From Candidatus Dadabacteria bacterium (GTDB lineage Bacteria > Desulfobacterota_D > UBA1144 > Nemesobacterales > CSP1-2), in contig PSLL01000028.1 of assembly GCA_040289575.1 (NCBI GenBank), forward strand, positions 1-10,006: 10,006 bases of DNA, in the 5' to 3' direction. Under the pieces are notes generated by a model. That model ran no database searches and was not told the DNA's origin. It worked only from the letters and a program-made list of their open reading frames with translations. How positions within the stretch are numbered: position 1 is the stretch's first letter; the number at the start of each line of letters is the position of its first letter. The position numbers were made by a program, and so were the translations under genes. This document shows positions 1 to 6,097 of the stretch, piece after piece.

Positions 1-33
1 GAAACTGAACAAGCAACTAAGGAGAATAAATGA
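1..33 (+). CDS. Possible 3' end of an upstream gene (…ETEQATKENK*), truncated by the window edge
   Basis: Frame 1 is open from base 1 to TGA at 31-33, which forms an ATGA overlap with the ATG at 30. Only 10 codons are visible. Confidence 0.3.
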   Translation, partial: ETEQATKENK

Positions 34-359
34 TTAGCTACACCTATAGTATTACCCAGGACAACAGTGGCCTTTATATGGGTTCGCTTTTAAGTCCAGG
101 TTCCGAGGACGCTGATCCAGCAACGATTTATCAAGCTTTAACAGAGGCTTTGGAGATGCACCATGACGACTTTGACGAACTTGTGATAACCGAAAAAGAT
201 GGAGAAATTACGATCTCATATCCAAGTGATGAACCTACAGAAACTATTTTAAGGGATTGTTGTGACGTAGTCGATTATCTAAACGAGTTTTGTCCTCGTA
301 GTCAGCAAGTTCCAATAGTTCATATTTTACTTCCAAGTATCAAAAAGGACTCAACCTAG
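30..359 (+). CDS. Small, very acidic hypothetical protein (109 aa)
   Basis: AAGGAG RBS at 19-24, and a terminator follows the gene. 21 Asp/Glu versus 5 Lys/Arg. No family recognised. Confidence 0.75.
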   Translation: MISYTYSITQDNSGLYMGSLLSPGSEDADPATIYQALTEALEMHHDDFDELVITEKDGEITISYPSDEPTETILRDCCDVVDYLNEFCPRSQQVPIVHILLPSIKKDST

Positions 360-404
360 CTTTTCAACAAATTGATTGTGAGGGAATGATTGTAATACAC
401 AATG

Positions 405-431
405 AAAAATAGCCTTTATGAGGCTATTTTT
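405..431. terminator. Bidirectional rho-independent terminator between convergent genes
   Basis: Perfect 11-bp inverted repeat AAAAATAGCCT (405-415) / AGGCTATTTTT (421-431) with a 5-nt loop and T-tracts on both strands. It abuts the stop codon of the 432-1097 gene. Confidence 0.85.
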
Positions 432-1097
432 TTATTTCGGTAATTTGTTCAACTTACGAGCTTTACTGAGCTGGAAACTACACACATCATTAGCAATTTT
501 TGACATGACATCGGCACTAGCAAGCTTGGTCAATTCAAGCCCATGTTCACGAGCAAGAGACACTAAGCATTTCAACACACGATCATCGTCAGCAGTCCAT
601 TCGTCACCAACAAATCCCACCTTGAACCCAACAGCAAGACGAGCTTTCTCAGAGTCCCACTCAATCACGTCATCGTCACCAGGCACCGCACCAAGTAGAG
701 AGTCACCCACAGGCGCCACCGCCGCAACTACTTTCTTAGTCATGGCTACTGGATTAGTTACGGTCACAGGCTTGGAAACGGCACTGGACACCTCCCCTGC
801 ATTGGATTTTGTAACCCTACTTTTTCTGACACGAGCAATGGTAGTTGTTAGAACACCATCAGAAACTTTGATACCTGATTGCGACATCAAATCAGACAAC
901 ATTTTATAACCAGAACCACCCTGTTTTTTAAAGTAAGCAAGTAAAAATTCTACAGTATCCCTCTTTTCCCTAATGACATCTGCAAGTGAAACCGATGTTG
1001 AATTTTCAACAGCAAACAAATTTTCCTTTGCTTTCAGTTCAGCATCATCCAACAACTCATACAAAAAACGATAATCAACCTCTTTATTTTCAGTCAT
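432..1097 (-). CDS. Putative StbA-like DNA-binding plasmid stability protein (221 aa)
   Basis: Strong RBS (AGGAGG, minus strand 1104-1109). The segment SLADVIREKRDTVEFLL…YKMLSDLMSQSGIKVSDGVLTTTIARVRK resembles the N-terminal helical DNA-binding domain pattern of StbA proteins, followed by an Ala/Val/Pro/Ser-rich linker. Its position divergent from oriT and the relaxase matches stbA in MOB_F plasmids such as R388. The gene is well supported; the family call is tentative. Confidence 0.55.
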   Translation of the reverse strand: MTENKEVDYRFLYELLDDAELKAKENLFAVENSTSVSLADVIREKRDTVEFLLAYFKKQGGSGYKMLSDLMSQSGIKVSDGVLTTTIARVRKSRVTKSNAGEVSSAVSKPVTVTNPVAMTKKVVAAVAPVGDSLLGAVPGDDDVIEWDSEKARLAVGFKVGFVGDEWTADDDRVLKCLVSLAREHGLELTKLASADVMSKIANDVCSFQLSKARKLNKLPK

Positions 1098-1120
1098 AGC
1101 AATCCTCCTATCATGAGATA

Positions 1121-1149
1121 CAAATACGAAATTTTTACCCCATTGTCAA
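1121..1149 (-). promoter_or_regulatory. Candidate sigma70 promoter for the stbA-like gene
   Basis: Minus-strand TTGACA (1149-1144), 17-bp spacer, TATTTG (1126-1121), just upstream of the RBS. The -10 box is imperfect. Confidence 0.4.
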
Positions 1150-1150
1150 A

Positions 1151-1320
1151 TCATGATGTTTAGTTTTAGAACATTTATGTTTAGAAATTACCGAAATAGT
1201 GTTCAGAACGAAATCAAATATGTTACAAAATGACGATTTTATGTTCAAACAATGATAGATGACTGTTAAAGCGATGTTAATTTTTTTGTGTTTTTTGTTC
1301 GATCCGTGTTTAGTGTTGTT
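1151..1320. repeat. Helically phased degenerate direct-repeat array with a TGTT core; candidate centromere-like or operator site
   Basis: TGTT starts at 1157, 1178, 1200, 1221, 1242 and 1264 (spacings 21, 22, 21, 21, 22), then at 1275, 1296, 1307 and 1317 (spacings 11, 21, 11, 10). Units include catttaTGTTtagaa, aaatagTGTTcagaa and attttaTGTTcaaac. Confidence 0.7.
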
Positions 1321-1326
1321 AAGTTT

Positions 1327-1346
1327 TTCTGTCAAAAAGCACAGAA
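1327..1346. promoter_or_regulatory. Candidate LexA (SOS)-type box or similar palindromic operator in the oriT region
   Basis: TTCTGT-CAAAAAGC-ACAGAA is an exact CTGT-N8-ACAG core, 12/20 to the E. coli consensus. It overlaps a minus-strand TTGACA (1335-1330) and lies 2 bp upstream of a plus-strand TATAAT (1349-1354). Confidence 0.4.
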
Positions 1347-1381
1347 GCTATAATACAAGAACTAATCGACACTTTGGTGTC
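1347..1381 (-). other. Candidate oriT core (hairpin plus nic site)
   Basis: The minus strand reads GACAC-CAAA-GTGTC-GATTAGTTCT-TGTATT-ATAGC. This resembles the R388 nic region as I recall it (GCACCGAAAGGTGCGTATTGTCT^ATAGC). It lies between the divergent stbA-like and RHH/relaxase genes. Confidence 0.55.
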
Positions 1382-1423
1382 TGTAAACCTTTTTTAAGTC
1401 AAAACCTCATAGAGCTTATTTAG

Positions 1424-1492
1424 GTAGCCCTTTACAATCTGGAAATTTTTGTTATAAGTAGACAAGGACATAACTAACAAAAAGAGGGCTAC
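1424..1492. repeat. 8-bp inverted repeat bracketing the relaxase-operon promoter
   Basis: GTAGCCCT (1424-1431) and AGGGCTAC (1485-1492). One arm touches the -35 box and the other overlaps the RBS. Confidence 0.45.
1431..1458 (+). promoter_or_regulatory. sigma70 promoter for the RHH-relaxase operon
   Basis: TTTACA (1431-1436), 16-bp spacer, TATAAG (1453-1458), with an extended -10 TG at 1450-1451. Confidence 0.6.
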
Positions 1493-1498
1493 AAAGTC

Positions 1499-1822
1499 AT
1501 GGAACTTAAAAATTACAAAATAAATAAAGCTTACGAAATCAAAGCTAAAAAACTAGGCATGAGCATGAACGAATATTTAGGACACTTACAATCACTTGTA
1601 GAAAATGAGCGAACAAGTCAAGGTCAACTGCAACTTACCAAGATGGAAAAGTTAGAGAGCATAGTTCAATCCCTAGTGACTTTGCGCCAAACCGACAAGC
1701 TGGTCTTGGATGTCATGACAAAGAGAATAGGCACATTGACCGATACAATCACTTTGCAGACTGAACTTTTAGGCAGCAAGTTAGCTTTCATAGATGCAAT
1801 TCAAAAGGAGCTAACCAAATGA
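1499..1822 (+). CDS. Putative relaxosome accessory protein, ribbon-helix-helix-like (TrwA/MobC analogue), 107 aa
   Basis: The N-terminal YEIKAKKLGMSMNEYL fits the helix-G-x-S-helix pattern of RHH proteins, and the C-terminal half looks coiled-coil. ATGA overlap with the relaxase start; directly downstream of the oriT candidate. Confidence 0.65.
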   Translation: MELKNYKINKAYEIKAKKLGMSMNEYLGHLQSLVENERTSQGQLQLTKMEKLESIVQSLVTLRQTDKLVLDVMTKRIGTLTDTITLQTELLGSKLAFIDAIQKELTK

Positions 1823-4800
1823 TAGGGATAAAAAACGTCGTTGTAGCATCAGGCTACTCATACCAAAAATACTTGAAAAATGAATTGCTTCAGGTACAGG
1901 AAAATATTGAGCGTCAAAAAGCATACAACTCAGGTGACATAATTCTTGATATAGACGGACCAGCATCAATAGAGGAACTTTCTTGGAAACAGATGGAGAT
2001 AGAGAATAATTTGAAACGCTACACTCGTTGTGGTGGAGCCCTATTTGACGAATACGGCCTTTCTGGACATCTAACAGAGGAGAAAATTGACCAAATTTCC
2101 GCTTTAGAACTTGGGACAGATGACCGAACAAAGGATCATGTAAAACTCACACCTAAAAATGTGAAAACAGTCATGGGACCGGATGGCTTAGAAATTGAGG
2201 TCACAAAAAAGGACATCAAGAGAGGATATGCAGTCATGGCCGATGGCGAAAAATTTGAGTTTGATAGAAAAGAGGTAAAGGAAACATCATCCCTCAGACG
2301 AAAAACAGGTATTGAATTCTTGTTCACTCAAGATGCAACCGTAAGTTATGCAATTGCTGGCATGAATGAGTTAGACAAGCTTGATGCTGAAACAATGCTC
2401 ATGGACACGGCAGCAGAAATTTACGAGACAGTCATAAAACAATATCTCAACGACTACAAGGGCGTTTCTGGTGATACTGGTTATTACTCTTACTATCATA
2501 ACAACAATCGCTCCGGGTCTCCTTTATCACATTGCCATTTTGTGGTCCCTAATTTGGTCAAGCTACCTAACGGTAACATCCATGCGATTGAGATACCTGA
2601 GATGCGACAGAAAGGGTTTCACGCCATGATTGACGCTCAATACAAAGCCGCTCTCTACACCAAATGGAACGAAAGGTTTTCTGACCACCAGGTAGAGGCA
2701 TACGACAAGGACGGCCAGAAATTGACCAAGGGACCCATTGGAGAAATCCACGATTGGCGTATCGCTTTTGACGATGCCAGCCTTGCCAAAATTGCGAACA
2801 ACTCCAAGGCCAAGGAGCTTATTGACCGCAAAATCAGTGAGGAAAAGGTGGACTTGTTCAACAAGGTGGAAACGAAACGCATGGGCCTCGAGCGGGAGCT
2901 AAACAAGGTTTCTGACCCCGACCACCCACCAGTAGATCCAGTTGCAGCCAAGGACCAGGTAGCCGAACTCACAGAGAGAATTGAGCGGTTAAACAAGAGC
3001 TACGAGCAGCAGCTTAAGGCTTTGGAATCCACCAAGCATCGCAACGACATATGGACTGGCATCAAGCAGCCCAAGAAAAACGCCAGTAAGCAGTATAAGG
3101 ATCTAGAGCTTGCCAAGAGTGTTTCCGAACTCAATCTCAAGATGAAAACCGGCGACGACATAGGCATTGCTTTCAAGCCGAAATCTGACGAGCAAATCCT
3201 TGAAACCATCACTGCGACATCACCATTTTTCACCCGTAATGCCCTGGTAACTGAGATTGCAAAGAGCAGAGGCGCCGGTAGTGAGGCTCAAAAAATGGCC
3301 GACGATTTGATGGAGAAATTGACTGCGGATCGTGCAATCGTAATGTGCGGCAGCGGCAGCAACAAGCAGGAGCAATTCACCACTTTTGACCTGATTGAAC
3401 AGGAGCGTCAAAACGTTGACATGATGCGTCAGCAGTTCCTATCCAGGAATGACAAGCTTGTTCCAAACGTAGACGGGGCGATTGAAAAAATCCAGGCACA
3501 GACCGGTATCACCCCCAATTTTGAACAGAAAGAATTCATCAGAGCCGTGTTCAACGAAAAGAACGGACAGATTGTTGTAGGCGTGCCTGGTGCTGGTAAA
3601 TCCCTATGTGCTGGATGGGCGACCAAGATTGCAAACGAAAACGGCTACAGAACCATTGGGATAGCTCCTACTGGGAAAGTAGCCACTGCCCTTGCCAATG
3701 AAACCGACGTAAATCTTGCATGTACCATTGACAAACTCAACCTTGATATTGCGTCAGGAAAAGTAGAGCTTGGCTCTAACGACATCATATTTTTGGACGA
3801 GGCATCAATGGTAGGAACACGCAACTGGAACAAATTACTCGAGAATCTGAACGGTGCAAAAATAGTTGCAGTTGGGGACCCTAACCAAATTCAATCTGTC
3901 TCATCAGGTAATACACTAAAGGAGTTCATGAAAGACGATGTGATAGCTCCAAACGTAAATTACCTAGTGGAGATTCGCCGTCAAAAAGACGAGATAGCCA
4001 AACTCATTGCAGGACACACATCATTAAAGGATAACTACAAATCAGGTGATATTGAATCAATCAAACGTAGTGGCTCACACATAACGGCCGCAATCAATGT
4101 CATGCTTGAAAATGGAAAGATACACAACAAGTATGTTACGACAAGTGAAAAAATAGACGATGTAGCAAACCGTTATTTAGCTAACGCTAATATATTCAGT
4201 GAAAAGCTTTTGCTGTGCTCTACCAACAAAACCATTTTTAGAATAAACAATGTCATCCAAGACAAACGACTTGCCAACAACGAAATTGGAGGAGAGTTTT
4301 TTGAGAACAACAAAAACAGGTTCTATGCTGGTGACAGAATTGTGATGGAAAAGAACAACAAGGATGAATACAACAACGGCGATTTTGGGGTAATCACATC
4401 AGTCATCGGCAATAAAATCACCATAGAATTTGACAACAAGAAAGTCAAAACTTTGACAAATCCAAAAAATATGAATCTTGGGTACGGACTTACATTCGAG
4501 AAATCACAGGGCATGACAGTCAACGATTGCCTAGTTGTCGGGGAAAACAGCTTGAATAATAATCAGGAAAGCACCAATGTAGTTTTTACACGAGCTAGGT
4601 TCAACACAGAAATATTCACGACTCAGAGCGAATACCAAGATGTGATTGCGAGCTACAAACGCGAAAGCAACAAGGCGTCCTTGATTGACCTTTACAACAC
4701 CTATTTCAAGCCGACAGTAGCATCCGCCCCTACAGTCCAGGATGACTTAACCAAGCAGCTAGAACAGTCAAAAATGGCTACAGCCGCACTACAGACAGTT

Positions 4801-5079
4801 GAACCGTCAGAGCTTAAAGGTATGAAAATGTTCAATGACCTGATGACCAAGCTAAAAGCCAAAGGCATACGTATTGAGGTTCCAGAGTTCATCAAGACCA
4901 AACTTGATTACTTTAAAGCACCTCCTGATTTCATTAGAAACAGAAAAGCCCCCATGTTGAATAGTCAAATTCCAAACACCGACCAAATAAGAAATGTTGC
5001 AGTGCTAGAACGTAAACTACCGCCTATCGTCGTCAAACCTGAAATAGCAGTTAAGAAAAATAGAGGGTTAGAATTGTGA
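1819..5079 (+). CDS. trwC: MOB_F (TrwC/TraI family) conjugative relaxase-helicase, divergent, 1086 aa
   Basis: N-terminal tyrosines Y13/Y15/Y18; YGLSG; RRKTGIEFLFTQDATVS (cf. RRxGxDLTFSAPKSVS); HUH motif H227-NNNRSGSPLS-H238-C-H240-FVVPN. RecD-like SF1B helicase motifs: GVPGAGKS (588-595), IAPTGK, LDEASM (D660), VGDPNQI, EIRRQ, GYGLTFEKSQGMT, VFTRAR. AAGGAG RBS. The gene symbol is family-level only. Confidence 0.9.
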   Translation: MIGIKNVVVASGYSYQKYLKNELLQVQENIERQKAYNSGDIILDIDGPASIEELSWKQMEIENNLKRYTRCGGALFDEYGLSGHLTEEKIDQISALELGTDDRTKDHVKLTPKNVKTVMGPDGLEIEVTKKDIKRGYAVMADGEKFEFDRKEVKETSSLRRKTGIEFLFTQDATVSYAIAGMNELDKLDAETMLMDTAAEIYETVIKQYLNDYKGVSGDTGYYSYYHNNNRSGSPLSHCHFVVPNLVKLPNGNIHAIEIPEMRQKGFHAMIDAQYKAALYTKWNERFSDHQVEAYDKDGQKLTKGPIGEIHDWRIAFDDASLAKIANNSKAKELIDRKISEEKVDLFNKVETKRMGLERELNKVSDPDHPPVDPVAAKDQVAELTERIERLNKSYEQQLKALESTKHRNDIWTGIKQPKKNASKQYKDLELAKSVSELNLKMKTGDDIGIAFKPKSDEQILETITATSPFFTRNALVTEIAKSRGAGSEAQKMADDLMEKLTADRAIVMCGSGSNKQEQFTTFDLIEQERQNVDMMRQQFLSRNDKLVPNVDGAIEKIQAQTGITPNFEQKEFIRAVFNEKNGQIVVGVPGAGKSLCAGWATKIANENGYRTIGIAPTGKVATALANETDVNLACTIDKLNLDIASGKVELGSNDIIFLDEASMVGTRNWNKLLENLNGAKIVAVGDPNQIQSVSSGNTLKEFMKDDVIAPNVNYLVEIRRQKDEIAKLIAGHTSLKDNYKSGDIESIKRSGSHITAAINVMLENGKIHNKYVTTSEKIDDVANRYLANANIFSEKLLLCSTNKTIFRINNVIQDKRLANNEIGGEFFENNKNRFYAGDRIVMEKNNKDEYNNGDFGVITSVIGNKITIEFDNKKVKTLTNPKNMNLGYGLTFEKSQGMTVNDCLVVGENSLNNNQESTNVVFTRARFNTEIFTTQSEYQDVIASYKRESNKASLIDLYNTYFKPTVASAPTVQDDLTKQLEQSKMATAALQTVEPSELKGMKMFNDLMTKLKAKGIRIEVPEFIKTKLDYFKAPPDFIRNRKAPMLNSQIPNTDQIRNVAVLERKLPPIVVKPEIAVKKNRGLEL

Positions 5080-5082
5080 CCC

Positions 5083-5110
5083 TTGCATATCATTGAATTT
5101 TTAGTATAGT
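5083..5110 (+). promoter_or_regulatory. sigma70 promoter for the Cys-rich small gene
   Basis: TTGCAT (5083-5088), 16-bp spacer, TATAGT (5105-5110). Confidence 0.55.
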
Positions 5111-5137
5111 AGATAAACACAACACTAGAGGAGAACT

Positions 5138-5392
5138 ATGGAAATAAAACCGACAACCACAACAAAGAAACCACGAGTAGATACTACAAGCCAAGTAGTT
5201 AGGGATTTACCTGAATGTATCAATCAGCCAGAACAAAATATCTCATGCTTGAAATGCCCTAATGCGGTATGGCGACAACACGCACAGGAGAGTTTGAGTT
5301 GCTATTGCAGGGTAGATTTCACAATCACCTGGCACACAAAGACAAAGGGGAATATCGTAAATTGTGATGGACTACACATTGGTAAAGACTAA
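5138..5392 (+). CDS. Small Cys-rich, putative metal-binding protein (84 aa)
   Basis: GAGGAG RBS; motif CLKCPNAVW…CYC…W…NCDG with 6 Cys in total; terminator directly downstream. Confidence 0.8.
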   Translation: MEIKPTTTTKKPRVDTTSQVVRDLPECINQPEQNISCLKCPNAVWRQHAQESLSCYCRVDFTITWHTKTKGNIVNCDGLHIGKD

Positions 5393-5397
5393 GAACT

Positions 5398-5420
5398 AGC
5401 CTCATACGAGGCTTTTTTTT
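5398..5420 (+). terminator. Rho-independent terminator
   Basis: AGCCTC-ATAC-GAGGCT hairpin followed by a T-run, 5 nt after the stop codon. Confidence 0.85.
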
Positions 5421-5474
5421 CGTCTATATTTATGACCTCTGATATCCAATTTCGTTTATTTTTGCATTTAACTG

Positions 5475-5502
5475 TTTACTTTCGTTTTGAATTTACTATA
5501 TT
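5475..5502 (+). promoter_or_regulatory. sigma70 promoter for the four-gene coupling-protein operon
   Basis: TTTACT (5475-5480), 16-bp spacer, TATATT (5497-5502). Confidence 0.55.
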
Positions 5503-5533
5503 AGTAGTAATCAAACACAAAAAGGAAACTACC

Positions 5534-5884
5534 ATGAAAAACCAATACAAGAACATGAACATAGATCAGATCAACAAGAGCATTGCAGATTTCAATATCC
5601 GTATCGTAATAGACGTAGCAGCGTTAGAAATGACTCAAGTATCTGACACAGCAATTTTCCATGTGACAGCAGTAAAGCCAATATTTAGTGCAGAGAGCAA
5701 ATTACCAAAGTTCATCACAGCACCAATCAACTTTTTCTGTGCAATGACTCAGTTAGACAACTTGCTTACCGACTCAGCATCTACATACCTTTTCTCAGGA
5801 ACATTTAAGAATGTAGTAGCTCACTTGGAGAGTATGGACTTAACTGACAAGAAAGCGAATTTTTGCAAACCAATCACAGCATAA
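5534..5884 (+). CDS. Hypothetical protein (116 aa; start revised from 5432 to 5534)
   Basis: AAGGA RBS precedes the ATG at 5534. The longer start at 5432 has no RBS and would run through the promoter. Confidence 0.7.
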   Translation: MKNQYKNMNIDQINKSIADFNIRIVIDVAALEMTQVSDTAIFHVTAVKPIFSAESKLPKFITAPINFFCAMTQLDNLLTDSASTYLFSGTFKNVVAHLESMDLTDKKANFCKPITA

Positions 5885-5893
5885 GGCAACGAT

Positions 5894-6088
5894 ATGAAAA
5901 CATACATAATCACTGTAATAGATGAAAGAAAGGACGGCAAGTTTAACAACACTGTTTTTTTCAACCCAAGCCACGAGGGATATGAAAAAGTTCCATACAT
6001 AAAATCAGACAGATTCGCATGGCATTTTTGTGCAGTAGCTTTGGCAGCAATGACACTTTACGTTTTACACGCTTGGCAATTAATTTAA
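5894..6088 (+). CDS. Small protein with a C-terminal transmembrane segment (64 aa)
   Basis: TAAGG RBS overlaps the upstream stop codon; hydrophobic tail FAWHFCAVALAAMTLYVLHAWQLI. Confidence 0.65.
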   Translation: MKTYIITVIDERKDGKFNNTVFFNPSHEGYEKVPYIKSDRFAWHFCAVALAAMTLYVLHAWQLI

Positions 6089-6097
6089 GAGGACTAT

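Noticed and set aside
418..909. 163-aa plus-strand ORF
   Set aside because: Antisense shadow of the 432-1097 gene. It starts inside the terminator loop, has no RBS and gives a Ser/Thr-rich low-complexity translation.
1212..1225. Possible IHF site (AATCAAATATGTTA)
   Set aside because: The spacing to TTR is one base longer than the WATCAAN4TTR consensus, and near-matches are expected in AT-rich DNA.
1151..1320. Repeat array as a CRISPR array or true replication iterons
   Set aside because: Only a 4-9-bp core is conserved, there is no repeat-spacer structure, and no cas or rep gene is in the window.
1135..1335. 66-aa minus-strand ORF
   Set aside because: TTG start without an RBS; it runs through the repeat array and promoter elements of the oriT region.
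1811..4901. Ten short minus-strand ORFs within the relaxase
   Set aside because: Antisense shadows of a well-supported gene, with no recognisable motifs.
5432..5533. N-terminal extension of the 150-aa ORF
   Set aside because: No RBS, and it overlaps the promoter; the ATG at 5534 has a proper RBS.
5737..5752. CTG-N10-CAG possible LexA site
   Set aside because: Inside a CDS, the right half-site is TCAG rather than ACAG, and the spacer is not AT-rich.
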